This document shows, in pieces, positions 35,539 through 48,874 of a stretch of DNA of 64,000 bases. Made by a program: the position numbers and the translations under genes. The DNA comes from Anthoceros angustus (taxonomy: Eukaryota > Plantae > Anthocerotophyta): the NCBI GenBank assembly GCA_010909165.1, contig MU008171.1:372001-436000 (forward strand). Direction: 5' to 3'. Under the pieces are notes generated by a model, which saw nothing but the letters and a program-made list of their open reading frames with translations, was not told where the DNA came from and made no database searches. Each line of letters starts with the position of its first letter. Positions within the stretch are counted from its first letter, which is position 1.

Positions 35539-38500
35539 ATGACCATCCCCTTCGACGCTGGCTCCCCGCCTGCTGGCCGCAAGGATGGAGGCGCCCACCT
35601 CGCCATGACCCATTTCTACCAGACATTTGACGACATTTTCCAATCCGCCGCCGAGGACGACTCTCCGGACAACAACATGCTCCAACGGGGAGACCGCGGG
35701 ATGATCACCGTGGATTTGAACACGGGCGTGGGCCAGGGGGAGGACGAGGTGCTGCGGAAGGAGGAGGAGAAGGTGCAGGAGGAGGAGGAGGAGGAGGAGG
35801 AGGAGGAGGAGCACCGTAAGGAGAAGGATGTGGAGCTGGAGCTGGAGCCCGAGGTGGAGCTGGAACGCCATTTCTCCAAGCCGCAGCCCGTGTATGACAC
35901 CAGGATTGGAGCGGCTCTGCAGCGCAACATCGCTGCCTGGTTAGTAGCCAGTTGGGATGTCGTGGGGCAGCATTGCTTGCTGTCATGTCGTTGGGTGGCG
36001 GTGTTTTTCTTCTTGTGTTTGTGTGGTGATTGGGGAACGTTGTCGTTGCTGCTGGTTGTGATGGGATTGGGTGACATTGCCCGCCGGGCGGACTGTGGAA
36101 TTCAAATTTTTGGCTGCGAGCTTGGCTGATAGGGTGGCGGATTGCAGGTGCGAGGCCACTGGGCTTCCGACTAGCGTCACGGTGTACGTGGGGGACCGAG
36201 TTTTCAAGCTTCACAAGGTGTGCATGGGACGGTGTGTGTGTGTTGGTTGCAGTGTGGAAGAATTGGTGCGATGGCGGATGGGAAGGGTGATTGATTGCGG
36301 AAAGGGAGGGTGGGTTTGTGTTTGCAGTATCCTCTGGTGTCCAAGAGCGGGTTGCTGAAGCGGAAGCTGGCGGAATCGAAGGAGGTGCATCTGCCCGCAG
36401 ACTGCCCCGGGGGAAGCGACGTGGTGGAGCTGGCGCTGAACTTCTGCTATGGTTCCACCATCCTCATGGACCCGTCCAACGTCGCGGCGCTGAGGTGCGC
36501 GGCCGAGTTCCTGGAGATGACGCAGGAGTACGGGCGAGGGAACCTGTGCGAGCGCAGCGACGTCTACCTGACGCAGGTGGCGTTGCAGAGCTGGGAGGAC
36601 ACGGTGCTGGTGCTGCTGCAGTGCCACGCGCAGGCCCTGCTGCCCATGGCCGAGCAGCTGCGCATCGTCGCCCGCTGCGTCCGCGCGCTGGCCCACATGG
36701 CCACCCTGGAGCTCCTGGAGCCCGCGGAGCGGGAGAGGGAGCGGGAGCGGAGCAGCAGCAGGAGCGGCGGGAACCAGTTTTGGCGGGACTTCGGGGCCAG
36801 CAAGCGCATGGCCATGGCCGCCTCCTGCTGCTCCCGGGACTGGTGGGTGAAGGATCTGCTGTGCCTGCCCTGCGGGCTCTTCGAGCGCGTGGTGGGTGCA
36901 ATGCGGGAGCAGGGCATGGAGGAGCAGCACGTGACCCAGGTGGTGATCAAGTATGCCGAGAAGCACGTGTTCCAGGCCCTGGATCGGGAGATGGCGGAGG
37001 AGGCTGGGGCTGTGCCGCTCCTGAGGCGCGGGTTGGTGGAGGGGACTGTCAGGTTGTTGCCTCCTGTTGCTGCTGCTGCTGCTGCTGCGGAGGGTGGTGA
37101 CGGGTTTGGGGGTTTGGTGCCGGTGGGTTTTTCGTTTGCTCTGCTGCGCTGTGCATTGGCGTGTGAGGTGCACCCGGGGTGCCTGGCGCAGCTGGAGAGG
37201 GCGATTGCGGCTCAGCTGGAATGCGCTACCATCAATGACTACCTTCTGCCGTTCAAGGCTTCCGGGGCCTCCCAGCAGAGCAGTGTGGCTGCTGCTCGTG
37301 AGGTGAAGAGCATGCACCGCATTCTGGGTCTCTTCCTCTCCCGGTGGCAGCACCAGCACCAGCACCAGCACCAGCAGCACCAGATTCGGGTGATGCAGCA
37401 GCATGGAGCTGGGCAGAGGGCTATGATGAAGGTGGCCAAGGTTTGGGATCAGTACTTGGGGGAAGTCGGTGCCCATGCTGGGCTTACTCCTGGAAGGTTT
37501 CTGGAGCTGGCTGAGGTGATTCCTGGCTCTGCCCGCTCCAGCCATGATCTGCTGTACAAGGCCATCCATGTTTTTCTCAAGGTAGGCAGCTATGGTGATG
37601 CACTGGGTTCAGCTTGGTGGTGTCCGGGAGTGTGGGTTGGGGGCACTGGCTGGTCTGGGAGACTGTTTTGGATTTTGGTGGGCTGTAGAGATGCATTCGA
37701 TGATGCAGTGCATGTTGCATTGGATGATGCATTTGGTGGTGTTGGGTTTCTTCTGCGTTGTGATGGACAATGTGAGTGATGGGTGGAGGTGCGTGCATCG
37801 CACTCCTGCAGGCACATCCCAGGACGACAGAGGAGGAGAGGTCCAACATGTGCCGCATGCTCAACTGCCAGAGACTGTCCCAGGAGATGTGCTCCCACGC
37901 AGTGCAGAACGAGCTGATGCCGCTGCGGATGCTGGTGCAAGCCATGTTTCTGCAGCAGCTGCAGACGCGGAACACGCTGTGCGAGCATCTGCAGAGCGTG
38001 TCGGCGTCGGGGAGGATGGACAGCAGGGTGGTGGGGCTGGCCACGGCGTCCTTCCGCAAGAGCAACGTGGCGCAGCAACTGCAGCAGGCGATGCAGCAGG
38101 ATGCGCAGGAGGAGGAGGAGGATGCTGCCCATGCTGGTAACAATGCATCCATGACATCTCCGGGGCCTGCTCAGGAATGGAGGGTGTTGCCGCACCAGCA
38201 GGCGGCTCTGCTGAAGGCGGATTACGACGCCACGTACTCCAGGCTCCGGAATCTGGAGGAGGAGCTGGCCCGGATGCGGCACAACCTGGAGGCGGAGACG
38301 GGCAGCCAGTGCGGGCATGAATGGCCCGAGCATGGGCAGCAGCGGCAGGAAAGCAGCGAGACCCAGTGCAGGAGTAGTAGTGGTAGGGATTTGCAAGCCG
38401 GTGTTGGAAGGTCTGGTAGGATGTCCAAGAAGGAAGTACAAGGTCAGGGCGGAAATGGTAACGGTAATGGTAATGGTAATGGTAATGGCAATGGCAATGG

Positions 38501-38870
38501 AAATGGAAATGACAATGGCAATGGTAATGGTAGCAGCAGTGGGTGCCTGGGACACAGCGGCCTGGCTCTCAGCTTCTCCAGGACGCTCCACCGGCTAGGC
38601 CTCACAGGAGGAGGATCCTTCTGGAAATCCAGCAAGAGCAAGAAGAAGAGCAGCAACAGCAGCAGCAACAGCAACAGCAACAGGCCTGAGGTTAACAACA
38701 TTGCAGCAGCAGCGCCTTCTGCAGGATCTCCGGAGTGGGTTCCAACCTCGTCGTCCTCCATGTCCCAGCTGGGCGTGAGGAGCAGCTCGATGCGGTACTC
38801 CACCACATCCACTGCCGTTGGGGCTTCAACAGCAAGGCCTCGCAGCAGGCGCACCAACTCCATGGCTTGA
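35539..38870 (+). CDS. NPH3/RPT2-like (NRL) BTB-NPH3 protein; exons 35539-35939, 36148-36217, 36328-37581, 37812-38870
   Basis: BTB FKLHK|YPLVSKSG...PGG...FCYG...NVAALRCAAEFLEMT; NPH3 DWWVKDL, QLECAT..D.L.P, SHDLLYKAI..FLK|AHP, HAVQNELMPLR; C-terminal coiled coil. All splice phases are consistent. Confidence 0.93.
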
Positions 38871-41324
38871 TCGCCCACCCACCATTCACAGTTCTGTGCA
38901 GTACCACTCTCAGCTGGCTGGAGTATGTCTGTACAGTGGGCAGTTCTTGAGAGACTGAGGAAGTGGAGGCGGCGAGTAAGATCGAGAGAGCTTCTACACT
39001 TCTGATCGAAAATCGAGTGTAGGGCCTCTCTCACGCCGCTTCCACCCGTGGCAGTCACAGACCGACTGTCTTGCGTGCGTGACATCCAGGATTAATTATT
39101 CCCAGCAGCAAGTGCAGTATTCTGAGGGGACGATTCCATGCAGTGATGCGGTCATGTATGTATGTAAGGAAAGAGAATCTGACGGATCATCTGACGCCCG
39201 TGCCATGACAGACCTCCAGCAGAAGGCACTGACTGACTGTCCAGTGCTGGACCTGGATGCCTGCCGCTGCCACTTGCACATGGCTACAAGCCTGGCCGCC
39301 CACTGCCCAAGCAAACTGCTGAAATGCAATCAACATTGGCCTGGGATGCATTGCGTGTGTGCAGTGTGTGTGCCTTTTTATCAGGCAAGCCAGTGCCAGA
39401 AACAGCTTTTGTCTCTCTTACAGAGTCAGTTTTGCAGGCTGTGCATGTTGCAAGCAGTTGAACGCCAGTCTGCTGAGAAAAAGTAAAGCTTTTAAACGTC
39501 ACAGGGCTGGGCCACAGTCTGAGCCTCTGATGCCAGGCAGCAGCAGGCAGCGTGTTCGTATTGGTAAGTGGGCAGTCTGGGCTCCACTGCTGGCACCTGT
39601 TGTCTACAACACTCCAGTGTCTGTTTCTGTGGGGGAGACGATACGCTGCTTCATCCAAAATGCTGATGTGAGATGAGAGGAGGGTCGGACGCGGAACACA
39701 TCCCCAGAGAGACTGAGACCGCATTCCGTTGGTACAAATATTCACTGTTGCCTATCGGAAAGCATTCCATGCTCGTCTACCCATGTAAATCATTTGCCTT
39801 TTCGGGAACCTGCAAATCCAATCACCCACCTTTATATCTGCAAATATGATAAAATACATCTATCGTGCATGCCTGGGGACCTCAAGTTGCACAGACAAAA
39901 AGCTGTGCTTGTCAGGATGCCACGGCTGTGGTTCTTCCCAGGAATCCCATCCCAGCCTATCCCGTGATGGCATTTCATCCCACCCAGGGTTAGGGCTAGG
40001 GCTAGGGCTGAAAGCACTGGCAACAGGCAGGCTTCAATATCCTGACGTCCTTTGCGTTGCTGTGTGTTGATTGATCAGGTTAACCTTGCTCTAAAAGCGA
40101 TGGCAACACGCAGGCCCCAATTCCCTGCCGTCCTTTGCGTTCCTTTGTGTTGATTCATGAGGTTTAACAGTCCTCCAGGTTGATATGCTGTAACTGCTGC
40201 TGCTGCTGCTGCCACTATCCCATTCCGGATTGATTGGATGACGTGTGTCTCTCCCTTTTCTCACGTCAGCTCAACCGACTGTGTGTAATTTGTGCGCAAC
40301 TGTTTCCACACGAGTCGGGAAGTTGGAACTTGCGAGTCGTGTTCTGTGCATTTTCATTGGTTCAGCGGCCATCAAGATGATGCCCAAGGCAGACGAGCAG
40401 GCAGTGTAAAATGTAAATATGACAGTTCCCACCCAGATGCAGAGCCGCTACTGGTAGCGCGCTTGCTCCCCTTTCCCATCCTCCTGATCATGTCGGCTTT
40501 TCTCCCTCGAGCCTGTCAAATTTGTGAATTGCTCGGGTCCGGATTGGCCTTGTTTGGACCTATTACCTACTGGTCCAGCCCTACCGACCAGGGCTTTTTC
40601 CTTCCTCCTCCTTCTCGGATTCGATTGGATTCGAATGTGACCACGCATACATGGATCTCCCCACTCTTGAATCGATCCAACATGTGCACACCAATCTTGT
40701 CGCTCAAGATTCCACTTGCAAACACATCTCGTGTGATAAAATAACCTATCCAAAGTCATATGCTACGACAGTAGGTTGCTTTTGAATGCCTATATGATAA
40801 ATGTTATTAGTCATAAAATCCCATACATTTGAAGCTTAGTTCTTCATGGAGCATAGTATCAACTATGCTCTTCCTTACAATCTTGTTGTAAACAAGGTTC
40901 TATTACAAAGATAGTATGCATCCGTTGTAGTTAGATCTTGGGATGGTTGCGTGGGTGCGGAGGTGTGCCGAAGGAGGGCATGGCAAGGAGGTGCGCGCAG
41001 AGGGGACATGGAAGGGATTTAGGGGTGGGCGCTGTTGCATTGTGGGCGGTGCTGTGTTGGGGTCCAGGTGGGGGCAAGGTTGCAGGCCCTACACAGTGCG
41101 GGGCTCGGGGCGACGACCTTGCCGGTGTGTTTGGTGTCTGTCGGCCGGGTTATGGGTTCACTTGTGCTTTGGTGTTCCGTTGGTGCCCAGGGCTTGCTTT
41201 CAAGTGTGGGCTGGGATGTCCTCCGTGGGGCTTGCTTGCCAGGGTCAATTGCACTGCAGTGTTCTTTGTGGTTTGTATGGCATCCCAGTCCTCGGCTCCT
41301 TTGTGTTCTCAACGTGGAAACCTA

Positions 41325-42254
41325 CAGTAAAGTTTGTGGACAGCAAATTAATTGCTTTGGAATGTCAGGTGAATGCCTTGGCGGCAAAGCTTTTGCAAAC
41401 CCTGGATGATAAGGTGAATGCCTTGGAGACCAAGATTTTGCAAACCCTGGGTGATAAAGGTGAATGCCTTGGAAACAAAGATTTTGTAGACTATGGGTGA
41501 TAAGGTGAATGCCTTGGAGACAAGGATTTTGCAGGACCTGGGTTGTAAGGATGTCGTTATTCAAAAATTATACTAGGATTTGGCTACGTTGGACGACTTT
41601 AATGATGACTTATTAGAACAGATGAATGAAAATGATGTTGTGATTCAGGGGTTGCAAGAGTCTATTGACTCGGCTACAGCAACTATTCAGTCCCTCGACG
41701 CTTCATGTGCTGACAAGGATCGGCTAATGAAGTCTTCTCTCGAAGACAACGCTCTGGGTTTGAAGAAGTCCTTCGCGCTTTCGCAGTAGGGAATTGCAGA
41801 TTTTGTCCAGTTGGAGATAAAAATTCAAGTCTTGGCGGTTTGGGAAAGTTTTTTGCAAGGTTATTGATTCAAAGCACTGGAGATTGATCAATTGATTGAT
41901 CAATTGCAAGGGCATCATAAACTTCGTAGATACGTCAAAGATTTATCATTTGGTTTTGCTAACCAAGTGAACAATCTCTGTATGAAGTTTTGGGAGCAAG
42001 TGGTGAAGAATGTGGCTTTCTCTCGGAAAATTGAAGACAAGGCAATAGATTTGGAACTGGCTTCACCTACCCATATGAAGAAACTTCTGGGTCACAAATC
42101 TATGGAGATCATGGTCCTTCCTTCTTCCACACAAGTTTTCTCTGAAGACTGGGCCCGTTGTGCTTTGAATTTACAAATCTCTGATCTTGGTTCTCATATT
42201 ATAGATTCGGGAGCTGCTGCTATGGAGTTTCTAGGTCGACCACTTTGCTTTTGA
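41325..42254 (+). pseudogene. Decayed coiled-coil ORF with four ~45-bp tandem units (KVNALETKILQTLGD), probably TE-derived
   Basis: One reading can be followed across a 1-nt insertion (~41457) and several in-frame TAG/TGA stops. Repeats at ~41365-41545. Confidence 0.45.
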
Positions 42255-42618
42255 CTTTCCATTTCTTGAACGATCGGCTTAAGGTTTTGAAGGCAAGGAC
42301 TGCTTTGAGCTTGTACATCAACTAACCTTGTTGCAGTGACAAATGCAAATTAAGAAGCAGAAATTGCTTGCTTTTAAGGCTGGCAGTAACTTAGATCAAG
42401 TGGCCTTTTTTTCGTGGTGATCAGTTGGTTAGTTTGTATATATATCTATTTTGCTTTGAATACAATTGTACCATTTCTTGATTTATGCGTGTTTATGTTA
42501 ATATTTAGCCATGCTAATCTTTTCTATAATGTTCAATTGTTTTTTAATGTCCCAAAGAATAAAATTATTTTTCTAAAAGATAAAATTATTCTCTCCTACT
42601 CAGCGTAGCTGCACTTTG

Positions 42619-42716
42619 AGACTTTGAGACCGACAATTTGATTCCTACCCGATGTAGCTACACTTACCACTTTTTTTTTGATGTTTTGAAGAATCAAATT
42701 GTCGGTCTCAAAGTCT
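42619..42716. repeat. Perfect 26-bp inverted repeat with 46-bp spacer
   Basis: AGACTTTGAGACCGACAATTTGATTC (42619-42644) / GAATCAAATTGTCGGTCTCAAAGTCT (42691-42716). Confidence 0.9.
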
Positions 42717-43029
42717 AAATTACTCTCCCATGTCCTAAGCAGAGCCACTTACCTGTGCGCTACAAGCTAGATGGACACATATTTATAAAAATGGCGCTGT
42801 CAAGCATCCTACGTTTATACGGTGCCTAAAGATAGTGGATGCCTTTGGTGCAAGTAGCTTAGACACACCATGGTGCCAGTTGTTAAATACATATTTCGTC
42901 CAGAGTGGACTACAATAGAATTCTTCTTCTTCTTCTTGTATTCCACCCTAATATACGGTGGATGAGACTATATATGTCTTTAATAATTAAAATATTATAT
43001 TTATATAATATATAAATATAATATTTTAA

Positions 43030-44125
43030 CAAAAACACGCCCTCCTTGGCCACTGAGAACATAACGTCCCGGATGGCGTCATGCGTAGAAATGCGCTGCC
43101 CGCCAGCGGGCCAGATGGGCCCAGGGTCATCAAGGGAAGCCCCAGAGCTAAGCTGCAAGCAGAGAGAGAATAGGCCAAAGGTTGGACCAAACCCAAGTAA
43201 AAACGCATCAGGCATCACGGTAGAAAAGGTTGCTGGTGTGATGCAGAACGCCTGGATACTAGGACGAGCCAGGAACGTGCTCCCTTCCCCTAGCAAGAGC
43301 GAAGCCAAGCACGGGTGGGCCTGGGAATGGAGGAGGCTCAGCTGCGCCTGCCCATAATGCTTCTCCAGGAGCGAAGACGGCGCAGCTTAGCCTGTCCATA
43401 ATGCTTCTCCAGGAGTGAGCTGCGCCTGCCCATAATGCTTCTCCAGGAGTGAGCTGCGCCTGCCCATAATGCTTCTCCAAGAGCGACTCTTGACGCCCTC
43501 GCATCCCAACCTCAGGGAGGGAGGAGAAAAGAGGCATGGCGGCCCTAGCCTCAGAGGAAAGAGATCCCCTAGCTGGCCTTAAGGACGCATGTAGGGGAAA
43601 TACCCCCTTCTCAACCCCCGAGATGAATGCCTCTAAAATGCGCGAGTACCGAATTAAGAATCGGGAGGTTAGGATGGGGACAGAGAGGGCCCAGCTCCTT
43701 AAAAAAGCCGCTGGCGCAGAGACGTCCGTAGTAAGTAGAACGGTGCCCCCAAAAGCGACAGGAAGGGAAGCCTGCCGCCTGGCCAGATCCTAGTGGTGCA
43801 CTGGAAAGTGCCCGGGCCAATCATGTCACCCAAACCCTGCAAAATCCGTCTCTCGAAGGCTCCTAGTTCGGGCAAGAAAGCCGGGGAAGGAGCAATCATA
43901 CGAAAGGGTACCCTAGCCGATGCGCAAAGCAGAAAGAGAAGATCCCACATGCCACCTGCGAGTCCCCCAGATGAGACAGGTCTTCAATATGTGCCAAATC
44001 TTCCCTCAGCGCCGCATCCTCGTACTCGCCCCACCGAGACCCGAAGCCCCTGTGCAAAAAGTAAATCCCCCCTGGGATACTGAAGAGGAGGCAGAGCACC
44101 TGAGACCATACCTTCCTACTAAGTA
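43030..44125 (-). mobile_element. Internal fragment of the same CRE-like non-LTR family (post-RT region to CCHC), with 34-bp tandem repeats at 43340-43485
   Basis: ALREDLAHIEDLSHLGDSQVACGIFSFCF aligns with ALAEDFSHIEDIPLLEDAQVAFGILASCL (20496 ORF). RISTHDAIRDVMFSVAKE aligns with RIPTHVAIHDLMFAIARE (19696 ORF). Confidence 0.8.
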
Positions 44126-44667
44126 GGTACATAATGATTATTTTATAGAAATTAAAAATATATTAGATACATAGGTATACATACGTATGTATGTGTATAT
44201 ATCTTGGGGTGCAGCATGCCAAGTGTGGAGGACGATCCAACACCGCAAAGACGGGCAACTGTCCTTTGAATGCCTCACAAACGGAACACCACAGGAAGGA
44301 AGGAAGAAAGGAAGACCAAGACGAAAGCGGAATCGGCCGTCTCGCGGCTTCGCCACGTGGGCGGCCCACTAGCAGCGATTTGTGTGTAGACTGGCGCACG
44401 CCACTCTTGTTTCACCTCGCCAAGCTTTCAACACGGCCAACACCTGCATCATCACAGCAGCAGCAAACAGGGAGACGCGTTTGAGACGCGTTTCATCGGC
44501 TTCTTCATTCTTCCTCTTCCTCCTCCTCCTCCTCCTTGCTGCTGGTGCCGTGTGAGTGTCAGTGCGAGTGCAAGCGCAATTGCGGGAACGCCATCGTCGT
44601 CGTCATCGCCATCGCCATCGCCGGCTTGCCGTTGCTATTCTGGATAGGATCGCCAAGATCGCGCTTT

Positions 44668-47221
44668 ATGAAGCTCGGGGCCGGGACAGCCACCGCCGGC
44701 CGCACCACACCAGGAGCAGCAGCAATTGCAACAGCGGGAGCAACAGGAGGAGGAAGAGGAGGAGGTCCGGGAGGACTGGCGTCACCCAAGGTGGTGGCGC
44801 TCCGACTCCTGCGCCTCTCGCATGCTTATGGCGTCCGCTCGCCCGGCCGCTTGCATCAAGAGGTCCCCGCTCTTCCAGCCTGCTGGCAGCAGCAGAGAAG
44901 CAGGAGCAAGGGCCGGAACAGAGGCCTGTATCCCTGCCTTGCAACAGGACGCCGCTCCCGCGCCTTCTCTTCTTTCCAACCGCGCTGCCTGAACAATGCG
45001 GTGGACCAGGCAACCTCTCCGCGCAATGAGGATGACCTGCTCCGCTCCGAGCTTCTCTTTGCGCAGGCCGGGGTGGCCACGCTCTCGGACGCGCAGGCCG
45101 AGCATGTCGTGAACGCCACATTGGTGCAGCTCTCGGAGCGGGAGAGGGATCGGGAGCGGGAGAGGAAGTGGGAGGGAAGCGCGGCCTCGCCGGATCTCAA
45201 GCTCGTGCCGGATCATGCCGAAAGCGAGCTGGAGAAGGAGGCCTGGGAGCTGCTGCGGGCTTCCGTTGTGTCCTACTGCGGCAGTCCCGTGGGAACCCTG
45301 GCGGCCTGTGATCCTAACGATGCAAGCCCGCTGAATTATGATCAGGTCTTCATCCGGGACTTTGTGCCGTCCGCCATCGCCTTTCTGCTCAAGGGGGAGC
45401 ATGACATTGTCAGGAACTTCATCCTCCATACACTCCAATTGCAGGTCAGCATGTCGCAAGCATGCTTGCTTCTGTCCTTCTCTTGCTTCTCGGTGTCAAT
45501 TTGCGTCCTTAGCTGAGTTGGTGAGGGATTTGTGGTGGAGCAGAGCTGGGAGAAGACGGTAGACTGCTACACTCCTGGCCAAGGCTTGATGCCAGCCAGT
45601 TTTAAGGTTCGGACTGTGCCTCTGGAGGGTGGCGATCCGGATGCCACCGAAGAAGTGTTGGATCCCGACTTCGGTGAGGCAGCCATCGGCAGAGTGGCAC
45701 CAGTCGACTCAGGTAGGTTTCTGTTTTGTCCTGTTCTTGCTTGCCATGCTGCCTTTGCTCAGCCTTGAGAGGCTTCTTCTTAGGTTGCGTCAAGCTGAGA
45801 ACATCATGCCTCCTGCATTTATCAGGTTTATGGTGGATTATCCTTCTTAGGGCTTATGGCAGGAGCACTGGAGATAAATCTTTGCAGGACCGGGTTGACG
45901 TCCAGACGGGCATTAAGATGATTCTCAAGCTCTGCTTAGCGGACGGATTTGACATGTTCCCTACTCTGCTGGTTACGGATGGATCCTGCATGATTGACAG
46001 GCGGATGGGCATTCACGGCCACCCTCTGGAGATTCAGGTACTCTTTCTTCGAGCCAAACTTCCTCCTGATGCTGCTCCATAATTCTATCCTAACTCTTTT
46101 CACTCACTGATCTGCTCTCTGATCATGTGCGAGCAGGCCCTATTTTATTCTGCCCTTCGCTGTGCACGTGAAATGCTTGTTCCTGAAGATGGTGCAATTG
46201 AGCTGATACGAGCTCTCAACAGTCGCCTCAGCGCCTTGTCATTTCACATCAGGGAGTACTACTGGGTGGACATGAGGAAACTGAATGAGATCTACCGATA
46301 CAAGACAGAGGAGTACTCCCACGATGCAGTGAACAAATTCAACATCTATCCAGAGCAGGTGTCTCCCTGGCTGGTGGAATGGATGCCTGAGCAAGGAGGA
46401 TACCTCATCGGCAACCTGCAGCCTGCCCACATGGATTTCCGAGTTTTCTCACTAGGAAACCTGTGGTCGATAGTTGGCTCTCTTGCAACCCAGGAGCAAG
46501 CAGAAGCCATACTTGACTTATTTGAAGCTAGGTGGACAGATTTTGTGGGCAACATGCCACTCAAGATCTGTTTCCCTGCTTTTGAGGGTGAAGAGTGGCG
46601 TATCATCACCGGCAGTGATCCCAAAAATACGTGAGTCTCCTGACAGAGCAGCCCTTGCTAAGTAGGTCATGTTTCATTATCTGCACACCTGCCTTACGTA
46701 TCGGATGTTGTTCTATTGCATACAGCCCTTGGTCCTACCACAACGGTGGCTCCTGGCCCACGCTCCTCTGGCAGGTAATTTCCAACCCATCAAACTACGC
46801 ATTTTTTATGTCTGCCGAAGAGGGTGTGTTTGCATACTGTGGTAACAACTGCAAGGTGGTGTACTTAGACAAATCTCATTGGGGTCTCCTGCTGCAGTTC
46901 ACGGTGGCCTGCATCAAAATGAACCGGCCGGAGCTTGCCCAAAGGGCTGTTGACGTTGCGGAGAAAAGGATCTCTAGAGATCGATGGCCTGAATATTACG
47001 ACACCCGAACTGCCAGGTTCATTGGGAAGCAGGCCCGGTTGTACCAAACTTGGAGCATTGCAGGCTATCTAGTCGCAAAGCTGTTGCTGGCTAACCCGCA
47101 AGCAGCTCAGATCCTTACTTGTGAGGAGGATATTGCCCTACTTGAAGCAACCACCTGCCTGCTGGAAGCGAATCCTCGAAAGAAGAGAGGCAAGAAGGTG
47201 CCCAAACCCGTCATCGTGTAA
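44668..47221 (+). CDS. Alkaline/neutral invertase (GH100), organellar alpha-group; exons 44668-45444, 45544-45712, 45826-46037, 46137-46630, 46726-46774, 46898-47221
   Basis: [80 protein letters not shown]. Six-exon layout and a long N-terminal extension. Start codon is tentative. Confidence 0.94.
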
Positions 47222-47788
47222 CATTTGAAACCGACCGTCACCGGCATCCGTCACTGCAGTAAATTCAGGGTTATCACTGCCACCAGCCAGATACATGATC
47301 CATGGGGGACGTCTTTGTACCCTCTGGCTATTACTGTACATGTCCGAGTGTTTATATGTATTACCTACTCGGTACACCTACTCCAAGACATCACGTGCCA
47401 AGCCACTGTTTGTCCCATGTCTTGGGTTGTTTCACAGACAAGGGCTTCATCGCGCATCCACAATTCTGTTGAATAAAAACAAAACAGAAGAAAGTAGGTG
47501 TCTTAAATCCGTCCTGTCAGGACAGTCCTGCATTATGTACAGAAAACTCTTTATTTTTTGTGTTTTTCTGGTGGACATCCAACACCATCCTAGGGTTCAG
47601 CTCCACATTCCTTGTATGCAAGTACATTAGAAACTTCTCCATGATCTACTCCTGTACAATACCACAAAATAGCAGTGGGCTTGAGTGCGTACAAGAAATC
47701 TCCTCCATTCCTCCTTCCTCCACTCTGGCCGGTTGCTGGACCGTCATGTTGGAGTGAGGAGAAGGGAATGGCGGTGTCTGAGATTTCT

Positions 47789-48874
47789 TCACTCGTTCAG
47801 AAAATGAGCAAGAGCCTTATCCTTGTCGTTGTCATAGGTATGCAAGACTCCAGCCAGTTTTTCAGAAGGAAAGCCCATCTCCCGTAACGACATGTACGCG
47901 GGACAGAAATCCACAACCTGCATGCAAGCCCAGCCCACTCTTTGCCAGTCAGGGGAAACCCTTAACTCAGTTTCCTTTCCACCAGACCGGGCCAAGCAGG
48001 AGCCCTGAAATCCTATGCTTCACCAAAGTAAGGACCTTGTTTTGCACGTCCCCGAACGTTGCCACTGCCATGGCAACAGCCTCCTTGTTCAGTCCCATGG
48101 CCACATACTTAGCAACAACTGGATCTTCTGCCGCAGCCTGGAAACAGACAGTTCCTCAATTTTGATTGCAGACAAGCACAAAACACAGAGCACAGAGCAC
48201 AAAGCACAAGGCAGAATGGAAGCACATGGCAGAAAGGAAGCAGACAAGGCAAAGACAAGGTGGTGTTGACTGACCGATGGCATGGCACAATCATCCCCGT
48301 TGTCTTGCCGCAGAGCATCAGAGGGTCCTCGAGGCCAAGCTCCCGATTCCAGATCCTGAATCAACCGACGCTCGAACTCGAAGTCGAATTGGAAGAGGCT
48401 CCGAGGCACTTCGTTGGCCGGGGGTTGCAATTGAGCAGGGGCAGCAACCTGGTACTCTGGCTTGATGACAACTCTGATACCATTCCCGCCTCCTTCTGCA
48501 AGCAAACCCATCAGCAAACAGATCAGATCCAATCCAGATGTGCGATGCTCCAGCAGCAAGCAGCAGCGTCCCTGGAGAAGAAGCTGCCTGCAATCAAGAG
48601 TGTGAACTTACTACTCACGTGGAGCAGATGCAGCAGCGGTAGGCACCGGGGGAGGAGGGCGATTGGTGGGCGGTCCCGCGGGCTGCCCGATCCGCGGGTA
48701 GAAGGGCGGAGGTTGGCTGTGGCCCGGCGAGGAGGCGCCCGTGGAGGAAGACGTGATGCGGTTGTAAGGAGGCGGCGGCGGCTGCGTTGGTGGGTATCCC
48801 GCCGGCCTGTTGAAGCTTGCGAGCTGCTGCGGAGCCGCGGTGGCCCCCTTCCGGTAGTCGTAGGTTGCATCCAT
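47789..48874 (-). CDS. UBAP1-like protein (Pro-rich N-terminus, UMA-like segment, tandem UBA-like C-terminus; At5g53330-like); exons 48874-48619, 48495-48275, 48137-48036, 47917-47789
   Basis: GIRVVIKPEYQV...VPRSLFQFDFEFERR; DPVVAKYVAMGL..EAV..AV; LREMGF...ND.DKALAHFL. Splice phases are consistent. Confidence 0.82.

Noticed and set aside
36211-38591. 452-aa and 333-aa - strand ORFs
   Set aside because: Antisense shadows of the NRL exons.
39986-40009. Telomere-like AGGGTTAGGGCTAGGGCTAGGGCT
   Set aside because: Four degenerate hexamers, like the many other microsatellites here; not a TTTAGGG array.
25021-47221. TPS + invertase as a sugar-metabolism gene cluster
   Set aside because: About 17 kb apart with unrelated genes between; shared ACGT boxes are too common to count as evidence.
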